Assembly: GCA_044451405.1 (NCBI GenBank)
Contig: JBIOKB010000004.1
Coordinates: forward strand, 1-37,789
Reading direction: 5' to 3'
DNA length: 37,789 bases
Source: Candidatus Babeliales bacterium
GTDB lineage: Bacteria > Babelota > Babeliae > Babelales > Vermiphilaceae
Shown here: positions 19,018-29,389 of the stretch, piece after piece
Layout of the letters: each line of letters opens with the position of its first letter
Numbering within the stretch: position 1 is the stretch's first letter
Translations under genes and position numbers: made by a program
Notes under the pieces: model-generated
Told to the model about the DNA's origin: nothing
Database searches by the model: none
Seen by the model: only the letters and a program-made list of their open reading frames with translations

Positions 19018-19078
19018 CAGCCCGGCGTAGTTTAAAGCTTCCTCGGGTTTTTCTTCGATAGTAAAAACGTAGAGGGGC
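19018..19078 (+). repeat. Family-1 modular element, cargo B variant
   Basis: cagcccggcGTAgttt...cttcgatagt...aaacGTAgagggg. Confidence 0.8.
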
Positions 19079-19136
19079 AAACCTGAAGCTCAGGTTCGAA
19101 AATAAATAAATAACAATATATTAAAACAATAAACCA

Positions 19137-19166
19137 TTGATTTAATAGTGTTTTATTTCATATAAT
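19137..19166 (+). promoter_or_regulatory. Possible sigma70 promoter
   Basis: TTGATT-18 bp-TATAAT. Confidence 0.45.
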
Positions 19167-19216
19167 TTCAATTAGAAAAGTATGTAGGTTAAAAAACTAA
19201 CACAATAAGAGGTTGT

Positions 19217-19930
19217 ATGAAGAAGATTATGATAGTTGCGCTCCTAGTTGCCCTAGTAGCAGGTGTGTGGACGCCAATGGTTCAAGCGGATGCAAAGGCT
19301 GATTTACAGCAAGCAGGTAATATTGCCGGAATAGTTAAAGGTTTTGCTGGAACTATTTGTAATCAGAAAAATCCAGCTACTGGCAACAATGATATGTGTC
19401 CTAGCGATGTCCTCACTAAGGTTAAAATGGTAATTGATCTTGGTTCAACTTCATTGATTACTGCAGCTACATTAAGCCAAACGGCAGATCAATTTCCAAA
19501 TAAGACCAGAAAAGCTATTGCAGATCTTCAACTAGCAGCCGCAGGTGTTAATACTGCTTCAATTGGGGTAAAAAATGCAAAAACAGCTCAAGATCAAATA
19601 GATACTTTAATGACGTATTTAAATGCGCAAGGTAAATTTATTGGTGTTATTGCTGATTATCTGGATAGTTTAGAGTCAGATATTTTTAACCCTATATTTA
19701 GTCTTATTGAAGCTATGCCATTTGTAGGATCTAAAGTAGTTATTGATGGTAAGCCAGTAAGCCTTGTAGTTGGTAACATGTTAAGTGCACTTAAAAAGAG
19801 AAATGATACATTTTTAAAAGCTGTCAGTGTATTGCCAACAGTGATTAAATCGGTTGAAGCAGCAGCAACAGGTGGAACTGCGCCTGCAACGGCGGCACCG
19901 GTAGTTAAAGGCGAAGAATTTGGATTCTAA
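19217..19930 (+). CDS. Exported helical hypothetical protein
   Basis: GAGGT RBS, signal peptide ending VQA. Confidence 0.85.
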   Translation: MKKIMIVALLVALVAGVWTPMVQADAKADLQQAGNIAGIVKGFAGTICNQKNPATGNNDMCPSDVLTKVKMVIDLGSTSLITAATLSQTADQFPNKTRKAIADLQLAAAGVNTASIGVKNAKTAQDQIDTLMTYLNAQGKFIGVIADYLDSLESDIFNPIFSLIEAMPFVGSKVVIDGKPVSLVVGNMLSALKKRNDTFLKAVSVLPTVIKSVEAAATGGTAPATAAPVVKGEEFGF

Positions 19931-19954
19931 TAATTTTCAATAATACGTTAACGA

Positions 19955-19983
19955 GCGCTTGTGGGCATTAAGTTCGCAGGCGC
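19955..19983 (+). terminator. Stem-loop between convergent genes
   Basis: gcgcttgtgggc-attaa-gttcgcaggcgc (G-U rich, no U tail). Confidence 0.45.
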
Positions 19984-19984
19984 C

Positions 19985-20042
19985 CTGCCCTTCATAGCCT
20001 TCACAGCTCTTGTTTGACCTTCGAAGAAAAGGCGACGTAGGG
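19985..20042 (+). repeat. Family-1 modular element, diverged cargo B
   Basis: ctgcccttcATAgcctt...ccttcgaag...aaggcGACgtaggg. Confidence 0.7.
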
Positions 20043-20045
20043 TTT

Positions 20046-20597
20046 TCATTTTACAAAAAATGTTTTCTTCATGTTATACGCCAGTGACAACTGCTGATTG
20101 GTTGTTGGCTGAAATTGCTCAGGCAGATAATGGGTCATGAGCTCAAAGCTGCCCTGTTTTATCTGCGGTTCTACGCTTTCAGGAATCGTAAGCACGACAT
20201 AAAAAATATTAGTTAACCCCAGTGTTTGCTTCTGATCAAAATTAAATAAGAGCGTTTGATTTGCCGAATCCCACGTGCCATCACAGACTAAATTTTCTTG
20301 TATTGCTAAAAAATCTTTGTCTTCTGGTTTTTTGTACAATGAAGCTACCTGCGTATCAAGCTGATGCCCGTGCCAACGCAAATAAAGCCGCGTAAGGTTA
20401 ACTGGTTCTTTAGCTTTTTTTCTGAAAATGATGCTGCCAATGATCACCCATTTTCCGCCAAATTCTTTGCATTTATTATCATCACATTCAATAATTTGCC
20501 AGGTTGGATCTAGCGTGATTACAAAATCATCAATGCGGCTTGCTGCAAAAGTAATGCTACCTATGCTTATGGCAATAATGTAGAAAGAGTGCTTCAT
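20046..20597 (-). CDS. Hypothetical exported protein
   Basis: Likely start MKHSFY after GGGAGA; signal-like N-terminus. Confidence 0.75.
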   Translation of the reverse strand: MKHSFYIIAISIGSITFAASRIDDFVITLDPTWQIIECDDNKCKEFGGKWVIIGSIIFRKKAKEPVNLTRLYLRWHGHQLDTQVASLYKKPEDKDFLAIQENLVCDGTWDSANQTLLFNFDQKQTLGLTNIFYVVLTIPESVEPQIKQGSFELMTHYLPEQFQPTTNQQLSLAYNMKKTFFVK

Positions 20598-20666
20598 GGT
20601 CCCATCTCCCCAATTAGGAATTGTTCTCCTGTAGCGTAACAAAAAAAGAAATAGGTAATGAAGGCT

Positions 20667-21638
20667 TTACTCATAAATGAGATCGTACATGTGTGTTCCT
20701 GCATGGCCGCGAATACCAAGCGGATAACTTAAGGTGATGGTATCCACATCAAATTGTTTTGGTATGGGTGGGAATAATCCGGCTTTGTACACAGCGTTTA
20801 ATAATGAACGTTCAATTTGTATGATATCAAGTGTTTTTTTCGGATGCTGCAATTCTGCAGAAACTAATTTTCCTACTTTATCGATAGTAAGTACAAATAC
20901 TGCGTGGGTATGAATATCATCTAATAACTGGGTTGGTGATTTATAGGCGTTATATGATTGACGTAGGAGTGACCAGACTCGGGTCCCGTACCGCTGGCGC
21001 GCTAATTGTTCTGCATTTAATGATGTTGGTTTGCCACCACTTTCTTGCGCCATGCTTTTTAAAAACCCTTTGGCGATGTCGGCCATGGTGATATTGCCGA
21101 TGCCGGAGGATGCACGCTCCTGCTGCGCAGGAGTTGTTTCTGTAACCGTTCGATATGGTTCGTCAGGCTCACCACGAACGGATTTATTATTTTCTGCGGT
21201 GAGAATTTTTTCTTCTTCGAGTGTTCTTGTTTTATTTTTTTCGATTGATTCTATTTCCCGTTCGTCCTGAGCTTGACGAAGGATACGAACGGCGTCTTGG
21301 GACACACTTTCATCAACTACTTCTTCTTTTTTTTGAGCATCTTCCGCCTTCGCATACGGATCAAACGGTGCGTCAGCAGTGGCACTCACCGGCTCATTGC
21401 TTACGCTCGCTCCCATTTCCTGCAGTGTAGGCTCATCATAAAATATTACCGTCGCATCCTCACTTTCCATCGGGCTTTGGGCAAGGATATTTGCCAGCTC
21501 ATCAAGGTGGCGAGAGGAATTAAAGGGATTTTCTCCCGTGATAGCAATAAACATAAGAATTAAGAGAAGGAGGTGGATGAGTAAGGAACCGCTTATAATA
21601 AGCGCTTTTTTACGCGAAGATAATGCGGTATAATCCAT
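20667..21638 (-). CDS. TonB/TolA C-terminal-like membrane-anchored protein
   Basis: SLLIHLLLL anchor, charged linker, LTIDKVGKL...FPPIP domain; likely start MDYTA. Confidence 0.75.
   Translation of the reverse strand: MDYTALSSRKKALIISGSLLIHLLLLILMFIAITGENPFNSSRHLDELANILAQSPMESEDATVIFYDEPTLQEMGASVSNEPVSATADAPFDPYAKAEDAQKKEEVVDESVSQDAVRILRQAQDEREIESIEKNKTRTLEEEKILTAENNKSVRGEPDEPYRTVTETTPAQQERASSGIGNITMADIAKGFLKSMAQESGGKPTSLNAEQLARQRYGTRVWSLLRQSYNAYKSPTQLLDDIHTHAVFVLTIDKVGKLVSAELQHPKKTLDIIQIERSLLNAVYKAGLFPPIPKQFDVDTITLSYPLGIRGHAGTHMYDLIYE
21146..21181 (-). repeat. Family-2 element inside a CDS
   Basis: Reverse complement ccgttcgtggtgagcctgacgaaccatatcgaacgg; encodes SVRGEPDEPYRT. Confidence 0.88.
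21258..21292 (+). repeat. Family-2 element inside a CDS
   Basis: ccgttcgtcctgagcttgacgaaggatacgaacgg; encodes VRILRQAQDER on the minus strand. Confidence 0.9.
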
Positions 21639-21692
21639 TACAAGTCCTATTTTTAATCCTGATATCTTACTGACAATAAAAAAGATAATCAA

Positions 21693-22322
21693 ATGAGCGT
21701 TATAATACCATCAACCCCACTTTCACGTGACTTTTATGCCCGAGATACAGTAACCGTAGCCCAAGATTTATTGGGTAAAGTACTCGTGCGTGAAGTTGAT
21801 GGTGTCCTACTTGCGGGCATTATCGTAGAAACGGAAGCCTATCGATCAGATGATGCTGCATGTCATGCATACAAGGGGCAAACCCCACGTACGGCACCGT
21901 TGTTTGGTCCGGTGGGTTATACGTACGTCTATTTTATTTATGGAACTCATTTTTGTGTAAACTTTGTATCGCGTGATGCATCAGTAGCTGCCGGCGGGGT
22001 ACTTATTCGAGCACTTGAGCCGATTGCAGGTATTGCGTATATGCAACAACGGCGCGGCGTATCTGGGCACACACATCTTACCAACGGACCGGGAAAGCTT
22101 ACAAAAGCGCTCGCAATTACGCGTGATCAGATTGGTATTGATGCAACTCAACTTGGCTCATTGTATGTGGGAGAAGGCAGAAGCTATAGCGCATCTGATA
22201 TTGTTGCAACGCCGCGAATTGGTATTTCACAAGCACAAGATCTTTTATGGCGATTTTTAGTGAAGGGTAATGGCGTCAGCCCGGCGAAGCCTAATGATGC
22301 TTCAACGTTATTCTCTAAATAG
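21693..22322 (+). CDS. mpg: DNA-3-methyladenine glycosylase (MPG/AAG family)
   Basis: IVETEAY, YVYFIYG, VLIRALEP, TNGPGKL, TPRIGI. Confidence 0.95.
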   Translation: MSVIIPSTPLSRDFYARDTVTVAQDLLGKVLVREVDGVLLAGIIVETEAYRSDDAACHAYKGQTPRTAPLFGPVGYTYVYFIYGTHFCVNFVSRDASVAAGGVLIRALEPIAGIAYMQQRRGVSGHTHLTNGPGKLTKALAITRDQIGIDATQLGSLYVGEGRSYSASDIVATPRIGISQAQDLLWRFLVKGNGVSPAKPNDASTLFSK

Positions 22323-22351
22323 TGCGCCTATGCGCACCAGGCGAAGAGGGG
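22277..22351 (+). repeat. Family-1 element with nested family-3 hairpin (22320-22339)
   Basis: cagcccggcGAAgcct...tagtgcgcctatgcgcacc-aggcGAAgagggg. Confidence 0.8.
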
Positions 22352-22358
22352 GTTCGTT

Positions 22359-23351
22359 TCAAAGGTGTGACTCTTTTACAATGCTGGCAATGCCGTTCTT
22401 CTTCCTGATCCCCCACCCCGAGTAGAGCTGATGTTCTTTATTTCCCGGTTGTTTTAAAAAGCGCATAACTTCGTCAAGCAGTGCTTGGCTTGGTTGAAAG
22501 GGAACCTGCACTTTGCAAAACCAGTGAATGAGTATGCGGTGTTGAAGTGCAGGGTGCAATGCTAAAAATTGAGCGAGATCAATTGCTTCAAAACCTACAG
22601 CTTCAACGCGCAGAGTCTGATACGTTTGCTGCGTAAGCGCATCTAAGAAATTTTCCGTCTCCTGTAATCGTTTGATCGTAGTTGCCATGTTTGCATCAAA
22701 GCGCGCGTCGCATAACCTGAGTGCAGGAATTACCTGTGCTCTAATTCTATTGCGTAAAAAATGAGGCGACGTATTGCTTGGGTCAGTAAGGTAGGCAATC
22801 TGATGTTCATGCAGATAGGAAAGAATATCCTGCTTATACACACCAAGCAGCGGGCGAATGTAGCGCCCTTGTTTCCACTTAATGCCAGTAAGGCCGCTCA
22901 AACTGGTGCCCCGTATTAAGCGAATAAACAACGTTTCATGCTGATCATCAGCATGATGGGCAAGGGCAGTATGGTGGGCATGATAGGTATCAGCAACCTG
23001 TTCAAAAAAATAACGGCGCGCCTTGCGTCCCCATTCTTCTTTGGACCCATTAAATTTCAACGACAATCTCAATTCTGAAATCTTGGCGGTAACCAAACGT
23101 ACCCCCAGTGCTTGCGTAGCACTGAGACAAAATTCAGCATCTTTGTATGAATCAGGGCGCCATTCATGATCAAGATGTGCTGCAATAAGGGTAATTTGTT
23201 GAGTTGCCTGTAATGGAGAAAGCGCATGGAGTAAAAAGAGGGAATCGGGGCCACCAGAAAGACCAAGAATGATGGTTGACCCGGGAGTGATGAGCTGATG
23301 CTCATTGATATGGGAATGTACGGTAGAAATAAGGTTTTTTGCGGTATTCAT
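22359..23351 (-). CDS. tilS: tRNA(Ile)-lysidine synthetase
   Basis: SGGPDS, AHHADDQ.ET, RPLL, DPSN, RNRIR. Confidence 0.96.
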   Translation of the reverse strand: MNTAKNLISTVHSHINEHQLITPGSTIILGLSGGPDSLFLLHALSPLQATQQITLIAAHLDHEWRPDSYKDAEFCLSATQALGVRLVTAKISELRLSLKFNGSKEEWGRKARRYFFEQVADTYHAHHTALAHHADDQHETLFIRLIRGTSLSGLTGIKWKQGRYIRPLLGVYKQDILSYLHEHQIAYLTDPSNTSPHFLRNRIRAQVIPALRLCDARFDANMATTIKRLQETENFLDALTQQTYQTLRVEAVGFEAIDLAQFLALHPALQHRILIHWFCKVQVPFQPSQALLDEVMRFLKQPGNKEHQLYSGWGIRKKNGIASIVKESHL

Positions 23352-23388
23352 GACTATTTATAGTAGCAGATTGGCGGTAAATACAAAA

Positions 23389-23408
23389 TAGCGCGCCTCA
23401 GCGCACAA
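23389..23408 (+). repeat. Family-3 mini-hairpin
   Basis: tagcgcgc-ctca-gcgcacaa. Confidence 0.55.
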
Positions 23409-23497
23409 GGGGAAATAACTGATTTCTTTATTTTTATGTGTGTATCTGTCCATAGTAAGAACGTACGATTATTAACTTTATTACCAAGGAGTAGTGT

Positions 23498-23938
23498 ATG
23501 AAGAGTATACGCATGTGCGTTGTTGCAGGGCTTATGGCAAGTAGTGTGCTGTTTGCAGGGAAAGAATTTGATAAGGCGATTAAAGAAAGCAAAACAGAAA
23601 GAAGTGCAACCTACATTGCACGGTTACAAGATTTAGCAACGTGGATGTTCTTTGAAGCAATTCACTGGAATGCGGCAAACAATAGTATGAAGGATATTAG
23701 TCAAAAATGTGAGAACTATGTGATAGAGTGGGGATATGCAACTGATGCACTTGCATCGTATATAAGTTCGCCGGCTATTAAAGAAATTGATGCAGAACTT
23801 ACTACACTCAACAGTGCGTCAGCAAAACTTGCTAGGCTGCAGGATTACTATACGCAGGTATATAAAGCGTTAGCTAATAAAGGCCAAAAAGCGCTTGAAG
23901 GTTCATTTAAAATGTTCACACCAAACTTGCCTTCATAA
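23498..23938 (+). CDS. Exported hypothetical protein
   Basis: AAGGAG RBS, signal peptide. Confidence 0.8.
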   Translation: MKSIRMCVVAGLMASSVLFAGKEFDKAIKESKTERSATYIARLQDLATWMFFEAIHWNAANNSMKDISQKCENYVIEWGYATDALASYISSPAIKEIDAELTTLNSASAKLARLQDYYTQVYKALANKGQKALEGSFKMFTPNLPS

Positions 23939-23947
23939 GAAAAACAA

Positions 23948-23970
23948 AGGGCTGGCATTACACCAGCCCT
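23948..23970 (-). terminator. Terminator between convergent genes
   Basis: agggctgg-cattaca-ccagccct; A run on the left gives a U tail on the minus strand. Confidence 0.75.
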
Positions 23971-23977
23971 CAATTAC

Positions 23978-24631
23978 TTAGGATCTTCTAGGATTAATTT
24001 GCCAATCTTTTTTTTCCATTTCCTCATGATGCACAAAGTCGAGCGTGAGTAATTTTCGACTCTGTTCTTCTGAAAGAGGTTGCGGCTCAACTTCCATTGT
24101 AAGAAGTCCTTCCACATCAAGATCATCTGAACCAGCAAGATTTACTATTGTTGTAGCTTCAATATCTTTTTTATTGTGAACAACGGTTGTTCTTTCAAGA
24201 TCTTTGCGTGCTTTTTGTGCAGCGCGTGGCATGCGTGCTTTTTTTGTTATGTGAGATTTTGTTAGTGGAACCGCTAATGTTTCTTCTTCTGCGATAACAA
24301 CCAGTGTTTGTGGCACAAATGTGCTTGGCATTTTATCTGCTCTGCCCATTGCTGTGTCGAGTAGTTCTTGCTTTGCTGGTCCAATATCGCGCACCATTTT
24401 AGTTGTTTCGCCTATTTTGATTTGAGTGCCATAACCAAACTCATCTTTATCTGGTTTGGAATGAGCTCCAAGCGCAAGGCGAGGATTTGCAAACAATTGC
24501 GTTTGTCCAATACCAAGAGCTGCTAATTTTGCACGAGCTGAAGCAAGAGTTCCAGGTTCTACTTTTTGAGCTGCATATGCAGCAATCGACATGCTTCCTA
24601 CTACCACTACTCCTAAAGTTCGTATCTTCAT
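23978..24631 (-). CDS. Exported hypothetical protein
   Basis: Signal peptide ending AYA; AAAGGG RBS. Confidence 0.75.
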   Translation of the reverse strand: MKIRTLGVVVVGSMSIAAYAAQKVEPGTLASARAKLAALGIGQTQLFANPRLALGAHSKPDKDEFGYGTQIKIGETTKMVRDIGPAKQELLDTAMGRADKMPSTFVPQTLVVIAEEETLAVPLTKSHITKKARMPRAAQKARKDLERTTVVHNKKDIEATTIVNLAGSDDLDVEGLLTMEVEPQPLSEEQSRKLLTLDFVHHEEMEKKDWQINPRRS

Positions 24632-24707
24632 GATGAACCCTTTCGTTCTATGTTTATACGATGTACTTCTTGAGTATTTGCATGAGGTTATAGAGGCACG
24701 CTATTTT

Positions 24708-25064
24708 TTAGTGAGCCGCTATTCTTACTGCTATCGGGCGCATTTTTGGTGACGCTGATATTCGTCGGGTTAATGCGAGTGGTGATGGTGGAATCAACGC
24801 CATTACTTCTTTTACAACTACTTTGGGTGAGCTGCATTTGTTTGTTTCATCTTCGTTGTGTTGATCACATAATTCAGTAAGCGCTTCAAAGATTACTTGT
24901 TGTGGTGAGAGTGAGCGTGCATTTAATTCTGCAACTGCCTCTGCAGCTTCTCTTCTAATGCTTAGTTCTTCTTCGTATGACAATGAGCTTTTTTGTTGTT
25001 CGCCTGCATTAACTATCGCAGTAACTGTAGCCATAACAATGGCTACCCACACTGTATTTTTCAT
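24708..25064 (-). CDS. Small exported hypothetical protein
   Basis: Signal peptide ending VNA; starts 14 bp after the gyrB stop. Confidence 0.7.
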   Translation of the reverse strand: MKNTVWVAIVMATVTAIVNAGEQQKSSLSYEEELSIRREAAEAVAELNARSLSPQQVIFEALTELCDQHNEDETNKCSSPKVVVKEVMALIPPSPLALTRRISASPKMRPIAVRIAAH

Positions 25065-25078
25065 AGTTCCATACTTTC

Positions 25079-27700
<2,622 letters not shown>

Positions 27701-27704
27701 TCAT

Positions 27705-28193
27705 ATGCACACACGCGCTACCCCATTTGGTCATGAACGTGATCAATATTACATGAATCAAGCACTCGTATATGCGCGCAGAGCATATGCGTCTAACGAA
27801 GTGCCTATAGGCGCTCTTGTTGTTGATGGCGATGGTGCTATTATTGGTCGCGGCTATAACCGCGTAGAAGCGTTGCATTCCCAAACAGCGCATGCAGAAA
27901 TGCGGGCAATTGCTGCTGCTACCAAAAAACGTAACGATTGGCGTCTTGCCGGGTGCTGGCTCTATGTTACCCTTGAACCGTGTAGTATGTGCATGGGGCT
28001 TATTACCCTGAGTCGCGTGCAGGGGGTTGTGTTTGGTGCAAGCTCCCCACTCTTTGGCTATCGTCTTGACAACGATGCGGGCAATTCGATATACAAAATA
28101 GATGCGGTGCACACTATTGAAGGGGTCGGTGTAGTACAAGCTGCAGAACTATTAAAACAGTTTTTTCAAAAACAAAGGAAGAGGCGTGGGTGA
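27705..28193 (+). CDS. tadA: tRNA adenosine(34) deaminase
   Basis: EVPIGA, AHAE, TLEPCSMC. Confidence 0.9.
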   Translation: MHTRATPFGHERDQYYMNQALVYARRAYASNEVPIGALVVDGDGAIIGRGYNRVEALHSQTAHAEMRAIAAATKKRNDWRLAGCWLYVTLEPCSMCMGLITLSRVQGVVFGASSPLFGYRLDNDAGNSIYKIDAVHTIEGVGVVQAAELLKQFFQKQRKRRG

Positions 28194-28572
28194 AGCAAAA
28201 AAAGTATCGCGTGAATTTGCTACGGTACACAAAGAACTTTTAAAACGTAAACTAGAACTTGAACAAGAGATGCAAGCATTAAATAGTCAAAAGTTCTCTG
28301 ATGATCAAGTGCAAGATGTGGGGGATCAAGCGCTTACGTCAACCATGGATAGCCTCACCAGTTCCATACAAAATACCAAAATTGATGAATATAAACGGAT
28401 TGTGCGTGCCCTTGAAATGATAGAAGAAGGAACGTACGGCGTATGTGTTGATTGTGGTAATCCTATTTCTGAAAAGCGGTTAAAATCATTCCCGAATGCT
28501 ACTCGGTGTTTGTTGTGCCAAGAGGCGTATGAAGATGGCATACCGGCTCGAGTGCCTGAGAGTGAGATTTAA
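28186..28572 (+). CDS. dksA: DksA/TraR C4 zinc-finger protein
   Basis: DVGDQA (DxxDxA), YGVCVDCG...RL...CLLC; GTG start. Confidence 0.85.
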   Translation: MGEAKKVSREFATVHKELLKRKLELEQEMQALNSQKFSDDQVQDVGDQALTSTMDSLTSSIQNTKIDEYKRIVRALEMIEEGTYGVCVDCGNPISEKRLKSFPNATRCLLCQEAYEDGIPARVPESEI

Positions 28573-28583
28573 GACTGTGGCGC

Positions 28584-28651
28584 CAGCCAGGCGAAGTTTG
28601 CCGAGCTTGAAAGCCCGGATAAGCAAAGTAGTGCGCTTTAGCGCACCAGAC

Positions 28652-28654
<3 letters not shown>
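28584..28654 (+). repeat. Family-1 element (cargo A) with nested family-3 hairpin (28629-28648), abutting the tRNA CCA
   Basis: cagccaggcGAAgttt-gccgagcttgaaagcccggat-aagcAAAg-tagtgcgctttagcgcacca-gactgg. Confidence 0.85.
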
Positions 28655-28727
<73 letters not shown>

Positions 28728-28778
28728 AATCAAGGCCAAAAGTATAACACAGGGTATGGCAGGATGAGAAGGTCAATT

Positions 28779-28806
28779 TTGACATTTCCCCACAGGCGTG
28801 TAACCT
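28779..28806 (+). promoter_or_regulatory. Probable rpsI promoter
   Basis: TTGACA-16 bp-TAACCT. Confidence 0.55.
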
Positions 28807-28857
28807 AATAAACCATAATATTATAGGTACAGTGTACACAAGGAACGTTCAAGACGT

Positions 28858-29325
28858 ATGGAAAAAACTAAAGTTAAAGCATCAGCAAAGCCAGCTGCTC
28901 CAAAGGCTAAAAAAACTACGATCAAGACCCCTAAAGTGGTTCCCGTTTCTCATGGCGTAGGTCGCCGTAAGTCTGCTGTTGCCCGTGTATGGATGCGTCC
29001 AGGCAAGGGTTCTCTTCAAGTAAATGGCAAAGATTTTAAAGACTATTTTGACACCGATGTTACTCGTACCGATGCAACTATCCCTTTCCACGTTGTACCG
29101 GTAAGCCGCGAGTTTGATGTACAAGTAAATGTTGCTGGTGGGGGCTTATATGCCCAGGCTGGCGCTATCAAGCTTGGCATTGCTCGTGCATTAGTGCGTT
29201 ATGACGAATCTCTCCGTCCCTTGTTAAGACAGCATAAGCTATTAACCGTGGACGCTCGTCGCAAGGAACGTAAGAAATATGGACAGCCAGCGGCACGTCG
29301 TAAGTTCCAATTCGTGAAACGTTAA
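28858..29325 (+). CDS. rpsI: 30S ribosomal protein S9
   Basis: GRRKSAVARV, GGG..AQAGAI..GIARAL, KERKKYG; K/A/P-rich N-terminal extension. Confidence 0.98.
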   Translation: MEKTKVKASAKPAAPKAKKTTIKTPKVVPVSHGVGRRKSAVARVWMRPGKGSLQVNGKDFKDYFDTDVTRTDATIPFHVVPVSREFDVQVNVAGGGLYAQAGAIKLGIARALVRYDESLRPLLRQHKLLTVDARRKERKKYGQPAARRKFQFVKR

Positions 29326-29333
29326 GAATCAAG

Positions 29334-29369
29334 GCCACCGGTGATACGATACCTCGTGTTGCCGGTGGT
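29334..29369 (+). other. Strong intercistronic stem-loop between rpsI and glmS
   Basis: gccaccggtgatacga-tacc-tcgtgttgccggtggt; no U tail. Confidence 0.7.
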
Positions 29370-29389
29370 GCTCGTCTCAAGGAAGCAGT

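Noticed and set aside
18935-19216. CIRCE heat-shock operator upstream of dnaJ
   Set aside because: No TTAGCACTC-N9-GAGTGCTAA; the palindromes here belong to the family-1 repeat
29326-29389. glmS ribozyme
   Set aside because: The spacer is only 64 nt, forms a single hairpin and lacks the recognisable ribozyme core
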